Source: a virus (lineage: Duplodnaviria > Caudoviricetes). Taken from it: 64,000 nt of DNA. Position 1 is the first letter of the stretch; each line of letters begins with the position of its first letter. This document shows, piece after piece, positions 9,706-16,710 of the stretch. The translations under genes and the position numbers were made by a program. The stretch lies in IMG/VR virus record IMGVR_UViG_3300036987_000100, positions 11,664-75,663 of that record; one strand, written 5' to 3'. Below the pieces are notes generated by a model. That model searched no databases and had not been told where the DNA came from. It saw nothing but the letters and a program-made list of their open reading frames with translations.

Positions 9706-9717
9706 GACTACGCTTTC

Positions 9718-9733
9718 GCGACCATGTGGTCGC
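9718..9733. repeat. 16-bp palindrome copy 2, GCGACCATGTGGTCGC
   Basis: Intergenic, 12 nt before the ATG at 9705. Confidence 0.95.
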
Positions 9734-9749
9734 CAGTTATGTCGCTTGG

Positions 9750-9998
9750 AAAAAAATAGGGTGACCCTGCTGGTCTCAGATCGGAGTGCCGGGGACTAAC
9801 TCTCGTTGCGCGAAACAGGGGGAAACGCGCACGGAACCCCGACCCCGAATCCAGCAGGGCCACCCTATAAAGGAGTGAGTACCACAAAGGCGTATTCAAG
9901 CAAGCTCCCCCTGTTTGAAACCGCAAGGTTTCTCAAACAAGGGAGGCTGAGACCCGCCGAAGCTTGAGAACGAAGGGGCTTGTACGCTTCGCTCACTT
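9750..9998 (-). ncRNA. Candidate structured non-coding RNA or attenuator leader
   Basis: 18-bp stem 9756-9773/9851-9868 followed by a T run on the minus strand; second multi-stem domain 9873-9998; no convincing CDS; strand not certain. Confidence 0.5.
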
Positions 9999-10040
9999 AC
10001 TTAGCAAGGCCCTAGATGTAGTGGGTACCTTTTCTTTGGA

Positions 10041-10826
10041 CTACTCCTTATCGGAGTCACTGCCTGGTTCAGTTTCTGCAAGGTCCTGCAGGCTTTCCCG
10101 TAAGTGCCTCTCGTAATCCCCGACCCAGTCATACGCGGAGGCTTCTCCTTCCCCCTCCTCCTCTTCGTAATTGAAGTCGAAGTCATCGGCAGTTCCCTTG
10201 AGTTGAGCTGCCACAAGCGAATCCACTCGTCGCCTCTCTCGCCTGGACTCGACGTCGGAGTAGCGCATGCTCTCCGAGATGCCAGAAGCCTTCAGGCGCG
10301 CATTTCGGGCCTTACGGCTGGTGTCCAAATCGAGCCCCAAGTCGCTCTGGTACGCACTCTTAGAGCCCTTGCCCCCGTAGCGGCCATCGTCCGTCTTGTC
10401 GTAGCCGAGCCAAGCATTACCTGAGCGGCCCTTGGCCTCATCTACTTCGAGTCGCCGAAGAGTGTCTTCTGCCGCCTTCATGATGGACCAAACCTGCATA
10501 TACAAGTTATGCCGGGCATAACCCTGTGTCCGGGAGACGCCATTCTTGAAATTGGTGTAGTCGATGGAAAGAACCGCTTTCGACATCGCCTCTGCAAATT
10601 CCTTCCGCCACGCCAGCGCGCGGTAGGGGTAGTCGGCGCCCGTAGGTGTTGCGACGATGTCTCCAAGGTTTGGGAGCCACTTTTGCTGCAACAGCTCCAA
10701 GTCCCCCTTCACGCGGGAACGGACGAGCAGCAAGTCCCTGTCCTGCCGGTGCTCAATTACGCTGAAGTACCCGAATCCCGAGAAAATCCACAATGTAGTA
10801 ACCAACCTTTCTAGTGTCTCCCACAC
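10041..10826 (-). CDS. Conserved phage/bacterial hypothetical protein (WIF...GYFSV...VRSRV..DL...DYPYRA...IDYTNFK)
   Basis: 261 aa; true start may be TTG 10793; acidic tail. Confidence 0.7.
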   Translation of the reverse strand: MWETLERLVTTLWIFSGFGYFSVIEHRQDRDLLLVRSRVKGDLELLQQKWLPNLGDIVATPTGADYPYRALAWRKEFAEAMSKAVLSIDYTNFKNGVSRTQGYARHNLYMQVWSIMKAAEDTLRRLEVDEAKGRSGNAWLGYDKTDDGRYGGKGSKSAYQSDLGLDLDTSRKARNARLKASGISESMRYSDVESRRERRRVDSLVAAQLKGTADDFDFNYEEEEGEGEASAYDWVGDYERHLRESLQDLAETEPGSDSDKE

Positions 10827-10851
10827 TAGCAGGTTGTCAGACGATTGTCAA
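10823..10851 (-). promoter_or_regulatory. Sigma70-like promoter TTGACA-N17-TAGTGT
   Basis: Exact -35 box and 17-bp spacer. Confidence 0.7.
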
Positions 10852-11234
10852 GCCGCTTGGCTACCGATAACCTCTGGAATTCCATGACGCTTGAACCAGG
10901 ACCGTTGCTCAACCATCTCCGTCTGCATCCGCAGGGCGAGGAGTTGTCCGGTCTTGACTTCGTCCACTGACGGGCGGAAGCCTGCGGGGAGGCTAGCTAC
11001 CGCATCGAGGAAGACGGAAGCGTCCAGAATACGACCTTTCTTCAGCAGCCCCCTGGCGTCTTGAATTCTACGTTTGAACCACGCGAGATCTGCCTTCTTG
11101 ATGGTGATTTCTGCCCCAACGGCGTTTTGTAGCCACTTAGGACTTTTTTTTGGCTTCTTCGGCTTTGGCCAACAGTAGGTCTCTTTCCTCCACCGGAAGT
11201 CTAATTTGTAGCCACTTGGGCATCTTCCCGGCAT
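10848..11234 (-). CDS. Hypothetical protein, possibly the C-terminal half of a frameshifted gene
   Basis: Overlaps the upstream ORF by 98 bp across an A8 run. Confidence 0.5.
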   Translation of the reverse strand: MPGRCPSGYKLDFRWRKETYCWPKPKKPKKSPKWLQNAVGAEITIKKADLAWFKRRIQDARGLLKKGRILDASVFLDAVASLPAGFRPSVDEVKTGQLLALRMQTEMVEQRSWFKRHGIPEVIGSQAA

Positions 11235-11619
11235 TCATGGCCTGGGTGAACATTGCGTGGGCTGCACGCTTGATTTGTTCATCATTTAGTTGACTCTGCT
11301 GAATGGGGTTATTGTTCTGTGGCTGGCTTTGTGCCTCCAATACCAGAGGCGGAGGGCTGGGCATGATGGTCCCAATAAGTCGCAAGGACGGGATGTAACT
11401 TACGCACACCCAGCTTCCCTTGAACTGAAGCCAGCCCTCCCGGTTTCGCTTATCATCCTCTCGAACTCCAAGCGCCTTCCCCTTCTCGAATTGGCTGCAG
11501 AGCGTGTCGTAACCCTCGGCATCCAAATCCAATCCGTACCGGTGCCTCATCCGCATGATGCAGTGTGCAAGATGGTAAATCCGACGTGCGGCTCGATCCT
11601 CGGCGGAACTACGCGACAT
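11137..11619 (-). CDS. Hypothetical protein
   Basis: 160 aa, abuts the upstream stop. Confidence 0.65.
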   Translation of the reverse strand: MSRSSAEDRAARRIYHLAHCIMRMRHRYGLDLDAEGYDTLCSQFEKGKALGVREDDKRNREGWLQFKGSWVCVSYIPSLRLIGTIMPSPPPLVLEAQSQPQNNNPIQQSQLNDEQIKRAAHAMFTQAMNAGKMPKWLQIRLPVEERDLLLAKAEEAKKKS

Positions 11620-11958
11620 TCATTTCTCCTCGGGTTTACGACGAGAAGGCATTCGGTGATCGCCCTCCCGGGTCGCCGCTTCACACATCTTTCGCAGCTT
11701 ATCCCTTTCTCGGTTGTATACCTCAGCCGCCGCGTTCACGATGCGTGCTTGTGCGTCTGCTTCTGGGCCTTCTACCCAAGCCGCGACACGCTCACGCCAA
11801 GCGAGGAGCCAAGCGTAGTCCTCCGGCATCATACCATCCGTGCGCATGTCCTTCAGTGGAACCTGAATGTACTGTTTGGCAGGATGCTTGGCGTATTCCG
11901 CTTTTTCTTCCTGGGAGATAATTCTGATTGTCATGACATCCTCGCTGGCGGGCTCCAC
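11620..11958 (-). CDS. Hypothetical protein
   Basis: 112 aa; start may be ATG 11937. Confidence 0.6.
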   Translation of the reverse strand: MEPASEDVMTIRIISQEEKAEYAKHPAKQYIQVPLKDMRTDGMMPEDYAWLLAWRERVAAWVEGPEADAQARIVNAAAEVYNRERDKLRKMCEAATREGDHRMPSRRKPEEK

Positions 11959-12461
11959 ACAGGCGTCGGTCGTGGCTCGGGTTCCTTCGGAGGAACCGGT
12001 GGTGGAAGAACTTCCACGACAGTCGGAACCTCAGACTCCGTGATGGCCGAAATCCAGAGCCCCAACTTTTTGATGTCTTCGGCCGAGGGGTCTTTTGCGT
12101 GCGTCAAGGTGAGGTAAAGCTTTCGCAAGCTGGGCAAGCAACGAGTCAGCTCCACCTTCGTAGGCCGATTCACCGCCGGGCTCTTTTGGGCAGCCTTCTC
12201 AGCCTTCTTGCCCGTCATGGCCCAAGCCTTGGCATTGCGCCCCGTTACCCTGCAGGCCCGGACGCTCTTCACGTAGAGAACACCCAAGGCCCCGAGCCCA
12301 GCAAGGCGCTTATGCGCAGACGAGGAGCGCAAAGCTTCGTCCAACTCTCGCCCCGTCATGGAATCGTGCCGAGCAACTTCAGTCGCAACCTCCCGCTGCA
12401 CGTGTTCTAGCGTGCGGTCCTCCAGGACCTCCCAATAGGCTTCAACAGCCATTGTCTTCAT
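11931..12461 (-). CDS. Hypothetical protein, possible winged HTH
   Basis: SAHKRLAGLGALG...CRVTGRNAKAW resembles phage wHTH proteins; Pro-rich tail. Confidence 0.6.
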   Translation of the reverse strand: MKTMAVEAYWEVLEDRTLEHVQREVATEVARHDSMTGRELDEALRSSSAHKRLAGLGALGVLYVKSVRACRVTGRNAKAWAMTGKKAEKAAQKSPAVNRPTKVELTRCLPSLRKLYLTLTHAKDPSAEDIKKLGLWISAITESEVPTVVEVLPPPVPPKEPEPRPTPVWSPPARMS

Positions 12462-12469
12462 AGCTGCCC

Positions 12470-12498
12470 ACCCTACACCGCTGGACTGCGATTGTCAA
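12470..12498 (-). promoter_or_regulatory. Sigma70-like promoter TTGACA-N17-TAGGGT
   Basis: Directly upstream of ORF 12461. Confidence 0.7.
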
Positions 12499-12535
12499 GA
12501 ACAGCAGGGAGAAGGAAACGCTCGGGTGCTCGTCG

Positions 12536-12574
12536 AAACAAAAAGCCCTTTCCGCGCCGAAGCACAGAAAGAGC
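12536..12574 (-). terminator. Intrinsic terminator with cUUCGg tetraloop
   Basis: GCTCTTTCTGTGC-TTCG-GCGCGGAAAGGGC then TTTTTGTTT; G-U pairs fit the minus strand. Confidence 0.85.
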
Positions 12575-12677
12575 CTTTTGCCTGTCCTGAGCGATATGCC
12601 CCCGGACAGGAGGGGCTAGGGAGTTCTTCGGAAGAAGGCGGGGATTCCGAAGGGGGTCTCGCCCTGACCCGGGGTAC
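12536..12677 (-). ncRNA. Candidate small RNA (~140 nt)
   Basis: Own promoter (12684-12712) and terminator, no ATG-started ORF, three internal hairpins with C-rich loops and linkers. Confidence 0.6.
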
Positions 12678-12683
12678 TTCAGC

Positions 12684-12712
12684 AAGGTACTTGGTACCCT
12701 AAGGCTTGTCAA
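12684..12712 (-). promoter_or_regulatory. Sigma70-like promoter TTGACA-N17-TACCTT
   Basis: Points into the ORF-free 12536-12677 segment. Confidence 0.6.
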
Positions 12713-13061
12713 GCTCCGCGACCACATGGTCGCTGTGCCCCGAGAGAAAGCGGGCCTCTCGCTCCTGCAGCTCGTGGTCGAAGACCTCAAACACCTGGGC
12801 CCGCAACAGATGAGGGCTTACACCCGCGTCTAATGGCTTTGCGAGCGCGAGATGAATCAGCGCCCGAAAATACCGACGCAAGATATGAATATCGGCCAAG
12901 TCTAAATTTCCGGACCTAACAGCGGCATCTAACGCCGGAGCAAGCAGCAACATAATCCCTGTTCGGGTTGTCGGCGTCTTCTCGGCAGAGCTACCAGTAG
13001 TTGTGTCGCTCACGGGACCCCTCTTCGGGAGGCTTTTACGCGGTGATAACCACATTGTCAA
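12699..13061 (-). CDS. Hypothetical protein
   Basis: 120 aa in the track; a GTG start near 13011 is more likely (GAGGGG RBS, TTGACA at 13056-13061). Confidence 0.55.
   Translation of the reverse strand: MTMWLSPRKSLPKRGPVSDTTTGSSAEKTPTTRTGIMLLLAPALDAAVRSGNLDLADIHILRRYFRALIHLALAKPLDAGVSPHLLRAQVFEVFDHELQEREARFLSGHSDHVVAELDKP
12718..12733. repeat. 16-bp palindrome copy 3, GCGACCACATGGTCGC
   Basis: In the CDS 3' end, 5 nt upstream of a TTGACA box. Confidence 0.95.
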
Positions 13062-13309
13062 GGGGCATGAGGGCTTTGTTGCTTCTTTGCGGTACGTACG
13101 GAAGATTTAAGCTCGTGAAGCCACTGTTGCAAGAATCGAAACCTTGGAGAGTCGCCACGGCTTCTGGCTGCATTGCTTCTCGTGGTGAGATCTCGAATCA
13201 AAGCCTCTGCCTGCGGCAAGGTGTATGTCACCACCGGCTCCCCCTCGTCCTCAACGACCACAACACCGCGTAACAACTCAAACCGACAAGGACTCACGTG
13301 GTACTCCAT
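13058..13309 (-). CDS. Hypothetical protein
   Basis: Start moved to ATG 13309 (MEYHVSPC); divergent from the lipoprotein gene. Confidence 0.55.
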   Translation of the reverse strand: MEYHVSPCRFELLRGVVVVEDEGEPVVTYTLPQAEALIRDLTTRSNAARSRGDSPRFRFLQQWLHELKSSVRTAKKQQSPHAP

Positions 13310-13311
13310 AA

Positions 13312-13343
13312 CTCTTGACAAGAGAAGTGCAATGTAGTACAAG
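13312..13343 (+). promoter_or_regulatory. Promoter-like TTGACA-N17-TACAAG with the -35 box inside the palindrome CTCTTG-A-CAAGAG
   Basis: In the 60-bp divergent gap before the only plus-strand gene. Confidence 0.5.
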
Positions 13344-13368
13344 CACACTTACAAAGGGGCAACACACC

Positions 13369-14736
13369 ATGGACTTCATTCGGGTTGCAATTCTGACTTG
13401 TGTACTGATGCTGCTGGGTTGCGGGGCTGCCCCGGCAGAGACGTGCACCCCGGGGCTGTCTGTCGCCTGCATCGGACCTGCTGGCTGCTCAGGGGGGCAG
13501 GTCTGCGACAAGGACGGCACCGGCTACCTCGCCTGCCAGTGCGCCCCCGCCGACAGCGGCGCTGGTGGCGGCACTGCTGCCGGTGGCGGGACTGGCGGCG
13601 GCAGCGGAGGGGGCTCAACCAACCCGTGCGAGGGCATCACGTGCCCCACGCCTCCGGCTCCTATTTGTCTGACAGCGACGTCCGCGCGGACCTGGTCTCC
13701 TTCCGGCACCTGCTCCGGCGGGACGTGCAGTTACGTCTTCACGGACTCTGCCTGCCCCACTGGTTGCTCCGGAGGTGTCTGCAACCCCAACCCGTGCGGG
13801 GGCATCACCTGCAGCACTCCGCCCGCCCCCACCTGCGCGAGTGCCTCAACCCGGCGCGCCTACTCCTCGACTGGCACTTGCTCCAATGGCACCTGCAGCT
13901 ACACCTTCACGGACTCCACGTGCCCCTACGGTTGCGCCGGAGGTACCTGCAACGCCAACCCCTGCACGACTACTACCTGTAACAGTCCTCCCGGTGCTTC
14001 GTGCACCACGCCCTCAACTCGGCGCGTCTATTCCTCGCCGGGGACTTGCACCGGAGGCGCATGCAGCTACTCCTTCACGGAGACGACGTGCCCCTATGGC
14101 TGCGCCGGAGGCGTGTGCAAGCCGGACCCCTGCGCCAGCATCACCTGCACCGCCCTCAGCCAGTGCCACCTGGTGGGGACGTGTAACTCCGCCACGGGCA
14201 CCTGCTCCAACCCCCTCAAGGCCGCAGGCTCCAGTTGTGACGATGGAAACCTCTGCACCCTCAGCGACACCTGCAACTCCAGCGGCGTCTGCGTGGGCGG
14301 CACGACGAAGACGTGCCCTGCGGTGGATGCCGGGGTCGGCTTTTGTCAGGTGGGCGCCTGCGTCCCCTCCACCGGCCTCTGCGGCTCGATGCCGGGGCCC
14401 GACAACACCGTGTGCGTCGCAGACTTGCAAAACCGTCTGGGCATGTGCCGCAGCGGCATCTGCCGTCTCGGCGTCCTCGGGGCAATGTGCGGCACTACTT
14501 CGGTTCCCTGCTCGGAAGGGACTTGTGACGATGGCCGCGTTGGCAACCCCGACGGCACCAACGGCTACTGCGTCCCCTGCGGCGCTGCCGGGCAACTGTG
14601 CTGCCGGTACAGGGTCTACAGCGGCTACAACGTAGCTGCCAGCAACTGCTGGGAGGCCCAGAAGGACTATTGCTGCAACGTTGGCGCCACCTGCACCGGC
14701 CCCGGGGGGAACAACCCCATCGGCATGTGCCAATAA
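13369..14736 (+). CDS. Cys-rich repeat lipoprotein of myxobacterial type
   Basis: Signal peptide ending in lipobox LLGC; Gly linker; 56-aa Cys repeats; CDDGNLCTLSDTC motif; start ATG 13369 after AAAGGGG. Confidence 0.85.
   Translation: MDFIRVAILTCVLMLLGCGAAPAETCTPGLSVACIGPAGCSGGQVCDKDGTGYLACQCAPADSGAGGGTAAGGGTGGGSGGGSTNPCEGITCPTPPAPICLTATSARTWSPSGTCSGGTCSYVFTDSACPTGCSGGVCNPNPCGGITCSTPPAPTCASASTRRAYSSTGTCSNGTCSYTFTDSTCPYGCAGGTCNANPCTTTTCNSPPGASCTTPSTRRVYSSPGTCTGGACSYSFTETTCPYGCAGGVCKPDPCASITCTALSQCHLVGTCNSATGTCSNPLKAAGSSCDDGNLCTLSDTCNSSGVCVGGTTKTCPAVDAGVGFCQVGACVPSTGLCGSMPGPDNTVCVADLQNRLGMCRSGICRLGVLGAMCGTTSVPCSEGTCDDGRVGNPDGTNGYCVPCGAAGQLCCRYRVYSGYNVAASNCWEAQKDYCCNVGATCTGPGGNNPIGMCQ
13621..14124 (+). 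repeat. Three tandem 168-bp (56-aa) Cys-rich repeats
   Basis: Units start at 13621, 13789 and 13957 (NPC...TC..PP...C...S.R..S..GTC..G.CSY.FT...CP.GC.GG.C); a different unit starts at 14125. Confidence 0.9.
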
Positions 14737-14737
14737 C

Positions 14738-14968
14738 TCAGTGGTACACGGGGGGATGGCAGCAGCGGACGGACTCCGTCAGCGCCTCGACAATGGCCTG
14801 CGTGGACATCGTCGCCATCGCCTCGGGATGCACCCTCACGCAACAGCCGCAACCCAGCGCGAGGACTCCACGACTCTCCTCAAGGTACCTGCGGACTGAT
14901 GCCAGGGGGTCTTGAGGTACCTCAACTTGGGACACAGAACAATCAACGGACATCGAACCCCCTCGCAC
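14738..14968 (-). CDS. Small hypothetical protein (CGCC motif)
   Basis: Converges on the lipoprotein gene; start may be 14953. Confidence 0.4.
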   Translation of the reverse strand: MRGGSMSVDCSVSQVEVPQDPLASVRRYLEESRGVLALGCGCCVRVHPEAMATMSTQAIVEALTESVRCCHPPVYH

Positions 14969-15050
14969 GAGTAAGTAGACTGCCCGTTAGTACCGGGTCT
15001 TCCTCTGAGTGTCCATCACTACCTGAGGCAGTAGGAGCGAGCTACGCAGC

Positions 15051-15581
15051 CTACGGGTTTTCGGTCGCCTTGAAGGCGGGCACAACTCCGTAAACTATAC
15101 CTATGACGGCTGCAATTCCGGTTACCATTCCGAAGGCTACGCCAATTTCCATGGCATGAAGCTGAAACCAACTAGGCTGCATCCGTTGGATGGTTTCACT
15201 GGCGTCCCGGAGGCGGGCCTCATAGAGGGCGCGCTGTGCAGAGAATACCGCCCTGTCCGCGATGTAGTTGGCTCGAAGTTGAACGTAGCCAAGTTGGAAG
15301 AGCTTCAGCCTCGTAATTCTTTCCTCGGAAACAAGGAGGCCCCCGCGCCCTGGGCACGGCGTAGTGGCGGATGGTGCTATTTCCCCGTCCTTACCAATGC
15401 ACTCCTCTTCGTCAAGAGGGATTATCCAATCCCCGTCCCTCGGCTCCACCTTCTCCGTGGATGGATCTACAGGAAGTGGCTGGGCCTCCACCCACTTCGC
15501 TTCGGGAATAGTCAATGGGACGGGTGCCAGCGTGGCGCAGCTCGAAAGCAGCGCCAGCAGGGCTAAGCAACCTCGCCGCAT
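15051..15581 (-). CDS. Lipoprotein with C-terminal transmembrane helix, candidate unimolecular spanin
   Basis: Start ATG 15581, MRRGCLALLALLSSC lipobox; helical or coiled-coil middle; hydrophobic IGVAFGMVTGIAAVIGIVYGVV at the C-terminus. Confidence 0.6.
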   Translation of the reverse strand: MRRGCLALLALLSSCATLAPVPLTIPEAKWVEAQPLPVDPSTEKVEPRDGDWIIPLDEEECIGKDGEIAPSATTPCPGRGGLLVSEERITRLKLFQLGYVQLRANYIADRAVFSAQRALYEARLRDASETIQRMQPSWFQLHAMEIGVAFGMVTGIAAVIGIVYGVVPAFKATENP

Positions 15582-15582
15582 G

Positions 15583-15984
15583 TTACTGCGCCTTAAGCAG
15601 CTTAGCCCGAAGCTTGTCTGCCTTATCGGTGTGGAAGCCCACTTGAGTGGTGTAGTGATGCAGGTCCCCCGAGCCACGGCCGGGTCCGTATTTACGTCCC
15701 GGGGTCTTCGGTTTGGTTGCCTTCTCGACTTCAGCCGCGCGGTTCCGGTTCGCGTCAGCAGCCGCTCGGTGAAGATCATGAAGCGTCTTCAGATTCTTGG
15801 CCTTCTGCTTCGGAGTCAAATTCTTACCCGTATGCAGCTTATACTTCCCGAAAAGCTCCTTAACCTTCACCTCGCCGGGTCCGGACCTGACGGCGTCCAA
15901 GCTAAAAGCCCTTGGGTCCCGTCCCGTCTTCTTCAGTGACTCGATTTCCGCCAGCACCGCCATTGCTTCCATGAGTGTATTCAT
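15583..15984 (-). CDS. Basic hypothetical protein
   Basis: 133 aa, GGAG RBS. Confidence 0.55.
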   Translation of the reverse strand: MNTLMEAMAVLAEIESLKKTGRDPRAFSLDAVRSGPGEVKVKELFGKYKLHTGKNLTPKQKAKNLKTLHDLHRAAADANRNRAAEVEKATKPKTPGRKYGPGRGSGDLHHYTTQVGFHTDKADKLRAKLLKAQ

Positions 15985-16128
15985 TCTTTTTCTCCTGTTT
16001 GGCCAGAGCCTTCATGCGCTCCAAGCGTTTTAGCAACAACTCGTAGCCTTTGTCGTCCCCACCGGGGCACGGTCCAGCAAGTCAGGTCTTTTTAGTACCT
16101 GGCGCCATTCCAGGCTTCCAACGAATTT

Positions 16129-16305
16129 TCACGGAGTCTCTTCGCCTTTTTCGGACACAGAAGCGTCGTCATCTGCCGTCGCTTCTGGAATACCAGCAAG
16201 CTTCCGCTGCTCCGCCAAAGACAACGGAGCCTCTGGCTTCGGAGCAGGGTGAATCAGCGCCAACCGCTCCATCTGCTTCAGCAACTCTTCTTGCAACGAA
16301 CCCAT
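16129..16305 (-). CDS. 58-aa hypothetical protein (below the ORF-track cut-off)
   Basis: MGSLQEELLKQMERLA...EQRKLAGIPE...; AGAGG RBS. Confidence 0.55.
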   Translation of the reverse strand: MGSLQEELLKQMERLALIHPAPKPEAPLSLAEQRKLAGIPEATADDDASVSEKGEETP

Positions 16306-16362
16306 CTATGCCTCTTAGGTGTGAACTGCGGGAAAGCAACTAGAATGCAATATGCCACGGGA

Positions 16363-16590
16363 TTACCTGGGGCGGAAGTACACTTGTAAGTCGTCTCCGG
16401 GCCTGGGGGCCTCCATGAGCTGAATTTTACTGGCGCCGTGCTCCACCCAGCCCCCACTTGAGTCTCGGCGCAATACAAACCCATTCAGAAACACCAAGGT
16501 GCTCCCTGGAACGTAGTCTCCACTCGTCCGAAAGTGGACGTTGACTCCATCAACTTCGCCAATGGCGGGCGTAACCATACCCTTAAGCAC
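16363..16590 (-). CDS. Small virion-type beta-domain protein
   Basis: G.VDG.N..F...Y..G...VF.NG...EAP.PGD pattern; paralog of the N-terminus of 41933-42379. Confidence 0.65.
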   Translation of the reverse strand: MLKGMVTPAIGEVDGVNVHFRTSGDYVPGSTLVFLNGFVLRRDSSGGWVEHGASKIQLMEAPRPGDDLQVYFRPR

Positions 16591-16596
16591 CTGGAG

Positions 16597-16710
16597 CTAC
16601 CTCGGCCCAAAAAATCCAGTCTGGATGAACTTCATCGGCGTGGCCGCTCCCGGAGCAGGCCAATACACCGGAGCAAACATTACTCTGGAAAAGTACGCTC
16701 TAGGAAACAT
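16597..16710 (-). CDS. 37-aa aromatic-rich peptide
   Basis: MFPRAYFSRVMFAPVYWP..., ATG overlaps the end of the upstream gene. Confidence 0.45.
   Translation of the reverse strand: MFPRAYFSRVMFAPVYWPAPGAATPMKFIQTGFFGPR

Noticed and set aside
12473-12790. 105-aa ORF over the candidate sRNA
   Set aside because: It overlaps another gene, runs through a terminator and two promoters, and has no protein-like features
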